Origin: Glaucostegus cemiculus
Lineage: Eukaryota
Direction: 5' to 3'
Assembly: GCA_976551045.1 (NCBI GenBank)
Contig: CDPCPM010000007.1
Location: forward strand, 3,658,001 to 3,722,000
DNA: 64,000 nucleotides
The translations under genes and the position numbers were made by a program. Each line of letters starts with the position of its first letter. Within the stretch, counting starts at the first letter, position 1. Under the pieces are notes generated by a model that made no database searches, was not told the origin of the DNA, and saw only the letters and a program-made list of their open reading frames with translations. Positions 51,446 through 64,000 of this stretch are shown in pieces.

Positions 51446-54400
51446 GGATGTGAATGGGATGTGGCTGGGGAGTGGAAGGATGAGCACTTGAATACTTAAT
51501 ATGTAAAAGAATACTGAAAGTGTCACTGGAAGTCTGAAGCATAGAAATAATTGAGCATCAATTCTAATATATATACTGGCTTATTATATCTAATCACTTC
51601 CCTAACTGCAACACTCCACCTGATTAAATGTGGTTACATGGCTTCAAACAACTATCTCTAAACTGTGTGCTGCACTACTGCAGTCTACCTCTGCATTACA
51701 GCCTTTTGGGTAATGGAAATTTGCCCTTTCAGAATTCACAAATCATTACCCAGAAATTTGAGGTACAAAATAAAATTCACTCTCATAGAATTTATGTTAA
51801 CAAAATAAATAAACACAATTTTTTCAACCTATGTTTCTTGACACGTGCAAATGATAGGGTTTGTGATACAGAAAATCGCGATAGGAATTTTCTAGGAACG
51901 TAACCTCCCATAATAAACATTTCCCTCTTAGGTACAGCTCAGATCACGGGAACACCACTGGAGCTCAGGCAAATCCATAGGTTGCCCATTCTTCCTCTGT
52001 GCCCTGGCCTAAAGTGGACTCTCAGTGTAAAAGGTGTTGTTTGGCCATGGAGGAGCGTGGGGAATGAATGTTTCAGTGATTTTAAATGAGCATGACTTCA
52101 TTTGGATTAACTTAATTGCCTTCAGAATTTTTTTTAAAGTTTAGAGTTTGCAGAGCGTGTGTTGAGTTGGAATTCTTTTGTGCGGTTTAATTTTATTCAA
52201 GCTTCTATAATGGAGGATAAATTACATCCATTTGAGTAATTCGGCTCTGACTACTGTTGAGATGTCCCATTTGTTACATTTATGCCCTTTCATCCAGACT
52301 CAAGACACAAAAACACTGCTGTTTTCATAAATTCTGTTGAAAATAAGTAGGCATGTAACCATGGGGGTGTTGCTTCTAATCTTATTGAGTACAGTCAGCT
52401 GTAAATGGTTACTTTGAACTTTACAGAGAGCCATTTGGATTCTTGCTATAATTTTCTAAGAAATTCATTAAGACAAACCAGATGAAAAGCTCTTGTTAAA
52501 ATAAACAGAAATTGGTGCAAATAAAATGGCCTGAGGAAAAACACACAAGACATGTCATTATGCTTCTTCATGCTAGTCATCAAAATTCAATTTTATGTAA
52601 ACTACTGTTTACATATATTGTGCATAATGGGCTGGAAATCTGTCACCTTCCATTCGCATTATCACCCAACTATGTGTTGTACTTGCCTCTGAAACTTGGT
52701 TGCATTGAAGTCAATGAAAGTGAATTTTGGAAGTTAGTTTGAAAACACAGCCTCTGGTTGGCTACACAATTGACATTAAGAAATTATAATACATTTAAAA
52801 ATATTCACATTTGGAGCTTTTTTTCCCTCTTTGACATGACACGTTCTGATGTTATACAAAGTTACGAAAATATATTGTCAGAGAAAGAAAAACGTCACTG
52901 GAAATAGTTGTGTTTGCCCCATTTGCAAAACTGGTGTCAACACAGGAAATTGACATTCTCTTCTAAGAAGGTAAATAAGATAGAAGGCTATGGGTAAGCC
53001 TAATAGTGTGGGGACATGTTCGGCACAGCTTTGTGGGCCGAAGGGCCTGAATTCTGCTGTAGGCATCTATGTTCTATGTTCTACACAACAAAAAAACTGT
53101 TCCAAGTGGGTTTGGGATCCCATAACATGTGATGGTGCAAACAATTGTGGAAATTTGCAAGTCACTAAGTCCTGACATAAAACAGCATAGTCACCTGAGG
53201 AAACAAGATCTGGCAGAAAATCTAACCAATTGTATCCACTTCCTACTGCTTTGAATGACAACATTTATGATTTTGTGGAAAAACTATACCAACCCTTTAG
53301 GATGGACTGTTAACATGAATGGAGAGAAACACAAGTACATTCCAAATTGATGTTTCCAGTGTCAAGATTTACCAGGCCATTTTCCAGCCAGCACTTTTCA
53401 GTTAGATAAATTAAGAGGTTTTATATCTGCAAAAAGGCAGTGAAGATAATTATAACTTAGGATGGTTGTGTAAAGTAGTCAATATTACATCAGCAGTCCA
53501 TTAAACATCTGTCCCTATTTTTATCTCCATTGACATCACTAGGAATGATAATCAAGAGAGGTGTTTAATAAACGACTGATTTCAGACCATTTATTAATCT
53601 GTTATTTTACATTTTCCCCAAAGTCAGAACAACCCATAAAATGATACAGTCAATAGATGACATTTTACTATTAACATCTACCAATCTGTTGGAAAAGGAT
53701 ATAGATAAAACAGGAACACTTTACTGTTTCAGATTCAGAAGCCAGGAAATTTATACAGCATATAGAATAATTTGATCATTTTAGAGTCAGCAAATTTAAA
53801 CTTAAATTAGCACAATAAAAATGATCAATTTTCTTCTTGTGGTGCAGGTCACAAACCACTCAATAAGGTGGCTCTACATTTAGAGCTGATTTATGAGCAA
53901 ATGTGATTACAGCCTATTTCCATGTAGTACATTCCTGCAGAATGGTCCCAAGTGAAATAAAGAATCATTGGCTACAGGTTGAACCAAGGATGACCTGAAG
54001 ATAAACCAGTCCTTTACTTGACCTCGTAAGTCAGATATCAAAACCAGAACAATGTACCTTGGGAAACAAAGTGAAAATCAGTGCTTGACAGTCCTTCTTG
54101 ATAAAGGCAGCTGAATCAAAAGACAGTGCTGTTAGGATAACCAGTAAGTAGACTTAGACAAACCCATAGAGGTTGTTAAAGCCATTCGTCAAGTTGAGGA
54201 ACTGTAAGGAAATCAGCATACAGTACTGACTAACCTTTAAACAGGAGTAGCAGGTGAGAGCTGCAGCTGCTGGAACAGATACAGTGACCTTATTTGCTTT
54301 CATTTACCGTGATTCACGTACTTAAATTACATTAATTAGGGTTCATTACTGGCACATTCCTTTGATTCTTGCACTATTACATGTAATTATTTCAGGCTCA

Positions 54401-54937
54401 CACTGTTTGCTATTATTGTTGCTGATCTTCACCATCATTAAGTTCAATTTCACTTTCGAACATGTTTTAGTTTCATTGAAAACAATTTTAACACATACAG
54501 AGATAAATATTGGGAGATGTCACATGCATTGTAATGCAAACTTCATTGAACCTAATTTCTTAGAACCCTAACAGGCACTGAGAACAGGTGTTAGATGATA
54601 TACACATTAGGTCCAAATATCCGTATAAAGTGTAATCTCTGCAAACATAGTTTCCACATGTGAAGCAAAAGTTGCAGCAGTTGTAGCCTAATCTGTGCAA
54701 GACGCCAATGTGCTGCTGTAGGGTTACAATTCCTCCATTGCCTCTCTGTAGCTGGTTCATTCCCTGCTATGAATTGTTGATGGCCTTGATTGTACCATAG
54801 CTTCCTATGGAACCCACACATGCAGTTCCTAACATTAGTAAACCTCTTTCTTCAAGCCTTGTGAGCCACAAGCATCAAAGCAGCATGTCTCCAGTGGTGA
54901 GGATAAAAACTGTGCTGAGAACCCCTTCTCCTTCTGA

Positions 54938-55238
54938 TAAGATAAGAGATATAAGGTGTATTTAGTAGTCACACGTACATCCAAACACACAGTGAAATGC
55001 ATCTTTTGTGTGGCGTGTTCTGGGGGCAGCCCACAAGTGTTGCCATGCTTCTGATGCCAACATAGCATGCCCACAACTTCCGAAGCCGTACATCTTTGGA
55101 ATGTGGGAGGAAAACAGAGCACCCGGAGGAAACCCACGCAGACACGTGGGAAGAACGTACAAACTCCTTACAGACAGTGGCCAGATTTGAACCCGGGTCG
55201 CTGGCGCTGTAAAGCATTACACTAACTGCTACACTACT
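54938..55238 (-). mobile_element. HE1-like V-SINE
   Basis: Full-length copy on the minus strand with (TCTTA)-type tail. Confidence 0.85.
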
Positions 55239-55582
55239 GCACTATCATTGGTTTCTTCCATTATGAGGCTTTATGTAAATCCTGACATTTGGCTGGATAT
55301 AGCTGTCTTGTTTGGTTTTATTTTGTTAATTTTTTCATGTAAGTTATGTATAATTTATGTTAATTTAGGTTTATGTAATTTATGTTAGTGACGTTTGTAA
55401 TGTACTGTGCTGCTGCTGCAAGAAGTTAATTTTCATGGCACTTATATCCTGGGTAAGTAATCCTGTGACAATAATCTTGAAATGGAGATTGAACTTGATC
55501 CTAGAGAAACAAAGGACTACAGGTGCTGGAAACTCAGCAGGCCAGGCAGCATCCGTGGAGAAAAGCAGGCGGTCAACGATAG

Positions 55583-56115
55583 CCTTTCTGTACAACTCCT
55601 TAGCTTGTGCTCATGTGGTTTCTGCAGACCTACACGTTTTCACAGCCTTTTCCACGGTCAAAATTTTTCACGCAACAGTCTTTCTCTGAGTCCTTTATCT
55701 GGAATTCCACAAACTATTCTGTCTTTAACTAGTGAGTTTCTCAAATCTCCAAATTCACAAGACCTACTCAGTGTGTGAAGCTCAGCTAAGTATTGGTCGA
55801 AGCTAACACCTTGTTTCTGGTCACAGGAAAAGAATTTATATCTCTCAAATGTGATATTTTTACTTGGGACAAAATACTTCTCAATGTTTTCCACCAAAGT
55901 GCCCAACTTAAAAGCTATCCCTTCAATTTGAAAGCTGTTATAAATGTCCAAAGCATCTTCTCCAATCACATGCAGAAAAATAGACGCTTTCAATTTTTCA
56001 TCTTTCCTTCCTGCTCCACTAGCATCTAAATATATGTTGAATCACTGTTTGAAGCTTTTCCACTTATCAGATAGGTTGCCAGTAAACTGAATAGGTTGCC
56101 AGTAAACTTATCCAT
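55583..56115 (-). pseudogene. Gypsy retrotransposon gag fragment
   Basis: KASIFLHVIGEDALDIYNSF..YFVPSKNITFERYKFFSCDQKQGVSFDQYLAELHTLSRSCEFGDLRNSLVKDRIVCGI; ATG at 56113-56115; contains stops and frameshifts. Confidence 0.9.
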
Positions 56116-56262
56116 AACGGGAACTCTCACCTGAATCTCTTTTGGCAAATCCGGTGACTGCTGAACTTCTGTCTTTTTACAGCTTTTCTTTTATACTCAC
56201 TGAGTCTCTTTCTTAATTGCACACTGTATTCATTTACTTTATTTGTTCAGAGCTCACACCAT

Positions 56263-56485
56263 CTTCTGATACCATGTTATGTTTGTTCTTCATCACGAGA
56301 CAAACTTGGCATGGGTTTTAACTTCTGAACTGTTTAATATAACACAAAATACAATGACTGCATCTTGATTGTACAGCGGCTGCTATAAAGAGGCTTGCTG
56401 GCCTTTCCCACTCTTTCCAGCTACTTCCTGTTCCCCCTTGCATTGCCTACTGGGAACTGTAGTTCTTTATTATAACTACATAACA
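56263..56485 (-). mobile_element. Gypsy 5' LTR (56275-56485) plus primer-binding site
   Basis: Minus strand TGTTATGT...ACATAACA (8-bp inverted termini), immediately followed by TGGTATCAGAAG, upstream of gag. Confidence 0.85.
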
Positions 56486-56649
56486 ACACATAATAACACA
56501 GAGGGAAGGCTGGATTCCGTGATGCAGTGAGCTGTGTCCACAACTCTCTGTAATTTCTTGTGGTCACAGGCAGAGCAGTTGCCATATCAAGCCACGATGC
56601 CACAAAACAACAAATTTCACAACACAAGTCAGTGATAATAAACCTGATT

Positions 56650-57200
56650 CTGAGGAGTTGTGAAGTCATATTACAGTTGTACAAAATATTGGTTAGGTGA
56701 CACTTGGAGCATTATGTACAGTTCTGGTTGTTTCACAATGGTAAAGATGTGATTACACTGGAGAGAGTGCAGAAAATATTCATAAGCATGTTATCTAAGA
56801 TTGGAAGGCTTCAGTTATAAGGAGAGAATGGATAGGCTGGGTCAGTTTTTCCTGGAACAAATGAAGCTGAGAGGTGACATATGGAGTTATATTAAATTAT
56901 GAGAGTCATAGATAGGGTACATAGCCAGAGTCTGTTTCTCATGGTAGGGCTATCTAAACCTAGAGGGCATAGGTTTAAGGTAAGCTGAAGGAGATTTAAG
57001 AGTAAGTCTGTATCTGGAGGTGATGAAGGTAGGAACAGGAACAGCATTTAAGAGGCATCTAGACGGATACATGAAGGAGCAAGGGGCAGAGGGAAATGGA
57101 ATAAATGCAGGCAAGTGAGATGAGTATAGGTAGGCAGGATGATTGGCAGAGACATTGTGGGCAAAGGGCCTATTTCTATGCTGTACAACTCTATGACTCT
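56650..57200 (+). mobile_element. CR1 LINE 3' part
   Basis: LQLYKILVR, HLEHYVQFW and LERVQK-type pieces plus CR1 tail. Confidence 0.8.
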
Positions 57201-57479
57201 ATACTATTTACCTCAAGCACTTCCAGGAGTAGCGAGTTCCATATTTTCACCATTTTCAGAGTTTCTTCGAATTTCCTCTTTGATTCCTTGACGAAAATCT
57301 ACCTTGATGATCTCTAATTTTGCTCATCCCAGTTGGTAATTTCCTGGTTTCTGTGCCTACTTGATCTTACAAGTGGCACAGTGGCACAACTGAACAGTGT
57401 GAAGTGCCTCAAGCCTAGTCAAACTAAGATTCAATTAACTTCATTCCTCTTCCAACAAAAAGAAAAATACAGTGGACAC

Positions 57480-57790
57480 TGGAATTCTGAGAGAGATAAA
57501 TCGTTAAAATTTCAGGTTGGTGACTCTTCGTTGAAACTGGTAAAATTTACAGATGAGCAGGTTTTAAAATGGAGAGAAAGGGGAAAAGGAGAACACAAAG
57601 CAAGGTCTGTGGTTGGCGGAAAGATTAAATGACAGAAGGATTGATAGTGTCACGCAAAAGAGGGTGGTAATGTGAACAAGGAAAAGGGACAAAATGTTAA
57701 TGAAATGATACAGGAGGTATAAAAGGGGAAAACATAACCATCATCTGAAATTGTTGAACTCAATGTTGGGTCATAAAGGCTGAATGTTTA
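57480..57790 (-). mobile_element. Penelope-like 3' end
   Basis: Minus strand NIEFNNFR end (57745-57770) followed by 3' UTR and a decayed hammerhead core at about 57500-57540. Confidence 0.6.
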
Positions 57791-58967
57791 CTCAGCAGTT
57801 TTCATTTCCATTCCTTGAGAAACACACCTATCTGTTTGGTTTGCTTTTGTTTTGCATTTATTAAATTGCGTTGTGACATAGCACTCCCCAATCGCTTTGC
57901 ACAGTTACTCCATTTAGATTGTTATTTTCCAAGAAGTATTTGCCTCATTATTAGTTTTAACACACTGTATTAATTTGTCATGAAATGCACTAGACAATTA
58001 AATAAGCATTTTGCAAATGTATGAATCTTCCATGTAATTTGTAATGTTCCTTCTCAGCTATTCCCTCCAACTTGTTGTCAGAGTCAGAGTAACACAGCAC
58101 AGAAACAGGCCCTTCAGCCCATCTCATCCTCAAATATAGCTCTATTTTTTATTCTAAAGTCTAAATCATTAATATAAGTAGTGAATAACTGTGGTCTCTT
58201 CACTGATCTTGCTGGAACTACATTTCCCATCTTATGCTGAATAGCTTCCATTTGCTCCCTCTCCAACCAAGAAGCTGTGTAGTCTGGTCTGAATTCATAG
58301 GCTCTGACTACATTTATTAGTCTATTATGTGGAACCTTAAGAAGGACTTCTGTTCATCTAGGTAAATTAATCTTCTCTTATCTACTTATCTAATACATCT
58401 ATTTTCTCGATTATGTTGAATTCAGTGATGTTGGTCAAGGAAGATTCCCTTTTTAAATCCATAGTTTCCATTATTATTTTGTTATTTTGATTTCTAATTG
58501 TTTTTCTACCTCTTATTCAATAGAATTATATGAAAATAGTTTTCTGTTGATTTCAATATTCCTTTCAAGTTTTTTTCTCATTCTTCCTTTTTATAGCTCT
58601 TGCTACCTGTTTTGTCCCAGTAGTCAGAAGCCTGTAGGCTTTGCCTTTTTTTAAAGTTATTTGTTTTAGTTTTATGTTATTGACGTACCTTTGGTCATCT
58701 TTGACTTTTCTTTGGCAAATATTTTTCTTGTATCCTCGGGGATATTAATTTGCTCGGTATCTCCAAGTGACAGAAGATCTAATCTTTAACCCAGTGGCAC
58801 TTTTGAACAGTTTACTGTGGACAGGGTCACTGCCTCATCACATTGAAGTCAGACTTCACTGAATCCAGAATCTCAGTAGCTGCTAGAGATTTTTCTTTGG
58901 AAATTGCATGTTGAACTTGATCTTATTACAGCTATTAGATAAAATATTATACATGATAGGCTTTTAA

Positions 58968-59392
58968 CAGAACATAGAAACAGTACTGCACTGGACAGGC
59001 CATTCGGCTCATTATGTTGTGCTGATCTTGATGCCGATTTATATTAAAAGCTCTCCTGTGTATCATCCATATCCCTCCATTCCTTTCACATGTGTCTTTC
59101 TAAAAGCCTTTTAAACTCCACCAAAATGCCTGATTCCACTACTATTCCTGGTAACCCATTCCAGGCGCCTACTACTCTCCGCGTAAAAAAACTTGCTCCT
59201 CACGGCGCCTTTAAACTTCCCCCCTTTAACCTTAAAAGCATGTCCTCTGGTGATTGACATTTCTACCCTGGGGAACAGATTCTGACTGTCTACCCTGACT
59301 ATGCCTCTCATAATTTTAAAACCCTCCATCAGGTCTTCCCTCAGCCTCTGACGCTCTAAGGAGAAGAACCCAAGTTTGTCCAACCTGTTGGA
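58968..59392 (-). mobile_element. CR1 LINE 3' end
   Basis: RLDKLGFFSLERQRLREDLMEGFKIMRG..TRGHAFKVKGGKFKG. Confidence 0.85.
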
Positions 59393-59539
59393 CAACTTTT
59401 AACTAAACCAGATTCTTTAGTTATTACCCAATGCAATATGAACTGCCTCCTTGTTGGATGTGGCATCAATAATTAGAGTAAGCTATCAGAATGCACTCAC
59501 AAACTTCACTATTTTTTCTGATCAAATGCTCTGATTATC

Positions 59540-60190
59540 CAAATCAGAATCAGTTTTTATTGTCACTTCCATATACACATTCAGTATGCATAGGTGCAAA
59601 ATACCGTACTCCACAGATCAAGGTGCTGGTCACGTTAAAAAAAAAACAATGGCAGACACAAAGACAGAAAGACAATAACAACACTGGAACCACAAAATTA
59701 AATAGTGACTCGAATAAACAGTCTTAAAGTGAGCGTACTGAGGCAGAAGACAACGGACATTTAAAGTGCTGGTGCATTTCTGTATGCCTAGCATCCTTTG
59801 GTGTTGGTGGGAGGGATGAGGGAGTTCATGGTTCTGATAGCTTGTGGGAAGAAGCTATTGCACAGTCTGGTAGTCGTTGCCCTGAAGCACTAGAGCTTTC
59901 TTCTGGATGGCAAGAGTGTAAAGAGGTGGTAGGAGGGGTGAGAAGGGTCTGACATTAAGTTTTTGACCTTTCTGACACATCGGTCCTTATATATATCTGC
60001 ATTAGAGGGTAGAGAGACACCTATGGTCTTCTCTGCTGCTCTCACTATTCTCTGAAGGGACTTCCATCCAGCAGCTGAGTAGCTCCCATACCAGACGGTG
60101 ATGCAGTGTGTCAGGATACTCTCAATGGTCCCTCTATAAAAAGTTTTCATAATAGAAGGATGAGAGTTCACTTTCCTCAATCTCCGCAGG
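59540..60190 (-). mobile_element. Rex1/Babar LINE 3' part
   Basis: FYRGTIESILTHCITVWYGS..LQRIVRAAEKTIG..DPSHPSYHLFTLLPS. Confidence 0.85.
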
Positions 60191-62048
60191 TTCTATATGC
60201 AAGTTAAAGCTCCTTATTAAAAATACTTCTCTTTGGTAACCTACTTATTTAATCTCCACATTTACACAATCTATCACATCACAGGTACTTGCTAGTGGGC
60301 TTATATGCAACTCCCACAACTGTCTTATTCCTTTTCTATATTTTAATTCTTCCTAAAAAGCCTCCACTGTCTGATCACGTCATTATGTTCACTTATATCA
60401 CTGAACTGATTTAATTCATCATCACCAAGATGAGGCTTTTCCCTCCAATGTTTATCCAATCTTTTATATGAGCTGCAAAAAATGATTTACTTAAGCACCA
60501 GTCCTGATAGTCTTACAACTAAATTTAGATAATGGCTACCATATTATATACACCAAGTTGAATCCTGACAGTGTCTACATTATGTAAATAAAAAGAACAT
60601 GAATTACATGAATTACGTCTATCCCTTATTACCCCTGAACTGAACGCAGTGGTCAATTTTTGGTTACTGTTACTGAGACTATCTTTTCCAAAAAATAAAA
60701 TCCAGGTTTATGTAATTGCTTGAATTTCAGTCCCATGGTGGATTCCAACGCATACTTCTAGATCAATGGCTCAGAACACTGCAATATTACCTTCCTCTCT
60801 TATTAAGTCCTTACTCTCAAGGCATTTATATAAATTAATTGATCCTCATTTTTTTTGTCTAAAGCTTTATTCACACATTTCTTATTTCTGTCTACTAGTT
60901 TAATTAATTAACATTTTTAGATTCCCTACTGTCTGTATTACTTAAAGCAAAATTTTTGATGAATACTCTGCTCTGCTCTGGGAAGAGAATTTGGAGAAAG
61001 GTTTGCAGAAGGAGTCCATATCTACAAAGAGTCTTTAGGGATCAATTTTGTTTCCTCAGTTTTAGTGAAGACCAGTGATTCACAGAAATCACAAAATTTG
61101 CTGTATCTGGATGTGGAACCTCTTCTATCAACTTCCTGCTCTGCATAGTCTCTTTTCATTCACCCGAGTATTTTTAGCTTTCAAAGAAACCCCTACCGGG
61201 ACACCCAAGTTAGGATGCAGCTTGTTTGAAAGTATTACATGGTCCAAAACAGCCAAATGATGATGTGTAAAGAACTCAAACTTTAGCAAAGTGCAGGAAA
61301 GTTCCACAGGCATAAAATTGTAAGAACCGCCAAAATGAATAACACAGCAACAAATCTGTAGTCTACAGAGATCCTTTAAAGAATGCCTGTGGAGGGAATC
61401 CCTTGTTAAATTTACTGCCATGTGCTACTGTGAATCTGTGTATGATTAATGGGGGGGGGGGGGCAATGTCTGGTGCTTAGAGTTCAAAAATGGCTGCTAA
61501 ATCAATGTTACACAATAATGTGCATCATCTTATTCCTCCTCTGTGTGCTGCTGGTGGTCATTGGATAGTCTGCAATCCCCTTTATCATCGGTGACTTATG
61601 TATTGTGCATCAAAAATGTACACATATACCTCAGACAGGATTTACAGTCTTTGTGAGGCCATCTAATCCCTAAAATATGCACACTGCAACATCTAATTTA
61701 GCCTCCAGGGATGAAACACTTCCCATATCCCACTGAAGTCTTGAGATTGAACCAACAAACTTCCATCCAAGAGTTCAGGATGAAATCAGCATAATCGAGC
61801 TGACAATTTATCTTTGAACATGTATTGACAGTCAGAATATTGATTTATTTGTCTTTTACTCAACACATTTTCCCAAAGTTATTGCAGGAATTTGAAGAAA
61901 GCATTTACATTATTAGTTGTTAATCATTAAACAGATTTCCAACGAAGTTAATTTCATGATCATAGTCATTTCATCAAGCGAAGCCATCGATTGGAAACTA
62001 GATTCAACTCAATAAATGGAGAAAGGTTATACATAGGGATGGGCTCAC

Positions 62049-62159
62049 CTGTCCTCCAATGACTCCAATACCATTTCCGATGATTACTGTACCATTTTCC
62101 ATGGACCAGCTTTTAGAACGTCTCATCTTGACTTTGAGTTGGTTCATTTTCTTCACAGG
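62049..62159 (-). CDS. Candidate internal exon (111 nt) of an unidentified gene
   Basis: Acceptor TCTTTTATCCCAG, donor CAG/GTGAGC; only phase 0 is open: PVKKMNQLKVKMRRSKSWSMENGTVIIGNGIGVIGGQ. Confidence 0.4.
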
Positions 62160-63277
62160 CTGGGATAAAAGACCTTGATTACAAAAGTAATTCAAAACAC
62201 TGAGAACAGAATAATTCTGCCATACCAAGAGATTTACAGCTATTGTTGTGGAAAAGGTGTTTAAAAATAGGGTGAGAACATGCAAATTACCATTCTACTG
62301 AGTTTTCAAGTTATCAAGCTCATTAAAGTAATTAAAATCATTAGAGCTGCTGCTCTTTAGCAATAGGAATCTGAACTTTTACAAAATAGGCTCCGTTTTA
62401 TAATGCATTTTAAATTATTTTACGGATTTTCAGCATTCAATTAGACATGGCTATTTTGGAACACTGGCAATATTTGAAATGTAATAAGACAGGAAAACAG
62501 CATACTGCGGAGATTATTATGGAATATTATAGTATTAAAAATTGGAAAATATGGAAATACATATTAGATTTATCACTATATGAAGAGAATTTTAAAAATG
62601 AACATTTTGTAGAAAACTTTTTTTCAGATTTACCTCATTGTGCTTTTTCAGGCTTTTCAGACAGGGTTTTCACTTGTTTCATCATACTTGGATTTATTTA
62701 TATATGAATGACCTGCACTAGGGATAGGATTTTACAACTTTCTCCCATGTTTACTTCCACTGTAAAACAGAATTATAAATGTCTTAAAGAAATGCATAAC
62801 AAGCCATTTGCAATGTTTTTGTGGCACTCAAATTGTGCTTCTTAAATTGCCTATGTTACAGGGGGAGAATATCACAGAGTATTCTTCATACATTGTCACT
62901 TCAAAATGTTCCAGTGAGTCTGCTATAAAATTTGTCATTAAGGCATGAATTCAAAGTCCATCAATCACTGACACCATGTTCAAAACTGGCTGAATGAACA
63001 GATTCATTTGATGGGCTTGCATTTAGATTTTTATCTGAACTTCTGGCAAATGTCTTTTTGAACTTATTTTCTTGTGGCACAATATGCATCTGTCATTGGA
63101 GAATAATTCTGCTATTACACCATGTTATTGCATTTTATTTTGCAACTTTAGAGACTTATTTTTTTGAAAATCTAGATTTTACACAGTATTTCAAGAGAAA
63201 AATCAAAACATACATTTCATGATAGGCTGAAATATTCTTTTATGTAATTATCCACTTTGTCAAAAACTTTCAAATAC

Positions 63278-63320
63278 CCCTGAAAGAAGTTGAATGGTAG
63301 GAATTCCCATCATTGTTTTG
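63278..63320 (-). CDS. Candidate internal exon (43 nt) of the same gene
   Basis: Acceptor TTCACTTTTACAG, donor GGG/GTATTT; the reading KTMMGIPTIQLLSG ends in phase 0, compatible with the exon at 62049-62159. Confidence 0.3.
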
Positions 63321-63519
63321 CTGTAAAAGTGAACAATTCTCATATTGCTACAAAGTAATTTTAATTGTAATATTGGGCCACCAATGAATTATACATGGTC
63401 CTTTGTAGGATAGTTGTGTACTAATCAAGCACACATAATGAACAATTAATGAAGTCTCCTTCTGAAGTCTTCACTTTTTGTGAATGCCAGCAAGGCTTCC
63501 CTCACCCACATTGTGGATT

Positions 63520-63980
63520 ACACAGGACATAGATTACAGTAAAGGATCATTCATGCCAGCCTTTATACTCCATTTGAGCCTCCTCCCATTTTACTACATG
63601 CCAATCTATCAGTGTGGTCCCTTCCCTTCTCCATCATATGCTCATCCAGCCTGTCCCCAAATGCACTTGTGCCATTTGCTGCAGACATTTCCGATGGGAG
63701 TAGATTCTACTTTCTTCCCACTCTTTGGGTAAAGATTCTGAATTGTAATGACTGTACCATATTTATGGCCTCTAGTTATGCTCTTCCCCACAAGTGGAAA
63801 CATCCTTCATACATCCATTCAATCAAAACCCTTCATAATTCTAAAGACCTCTATGAGGTCACACCTCAGCCTCCTTTGCTCAGGCGAAAAGAGATCTCGT
63901 CTGTTCATCCTTGTGTAATAAGTATGCCCTTTCCTTGTAGCTATCAAACTCATAAATCTTCTCTGCAATCTCTCCAGGGC
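63520..63980 (-). mobile_element. CR1 LINE 3' end, decayed
   Basis: CCCTTCATAATTCTAAAGACCTCTATGAGGTCACACCTCAGCCTCC, shared with the other minus-strand CR1 ends. Confidence 0.75.
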
Positions 63981-64000
63981 TTTTGTGTTGTTTTTTATAT

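Noticed and set aside
54560-54821. Cys-rich and Leu-rich overlapping minus-strand ORFs
   Set aside because: Weak acceptor, no good donor and no recognisable domain in any frame.
61629-61668. 40-nt minus-strand exon-like segment
   Set aside because: The phase required after the 62049 exon contains a stop, and the donor is weak.
1-64000. CRISPR array or prokaryotic operon
   Set aside because: No regularly spaced repeat-spacer structure and no dense coding; the content is vertebrate-type repeats.

Overview
Eukaryotic, AT-rich, repeat-dense genomic DNA. It is probably from a cartilaginous fish (inferred from HE1/V-SINE-type SINEs alongside CR1, Rex1/Babar, RTE, Tx1, Penelope, Harbinger and Gypsy relics). 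There is no intact protein-coding gene, RNA gene or CRISPR array. Nearly all ORF-track entries are decayed transposon fragments or chance ORFs. Two phase-compatible candidate exons of an unidentified minus-strand gene lie near the right end. The most notable signal is a family of short (about 100-200 bp) elements carrying a minimal type I hammerhead-ribozyme motif (stem I-CTGANGA-stem II-GAAA-NTH-stem I'). It occurs at the 3' end of Penelope relics and also as stand-alone insertions with their own target-site duplications (TSDs), sometimes as inverted pairs. Other points of interest: a three-tier nested insertion; two solo LTRs with exact TSDs, one of them CpG-rich and promoter-like; a Gypsy 5'LTR-PBS-gag fragment; a two-gene Harbinger relic; and a pentamer microsatellite with a stepwise unit gradient. 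Repeat boundaries are approximate unless a TSD is given. All family calls come from motif recognition by eye, not database searches.
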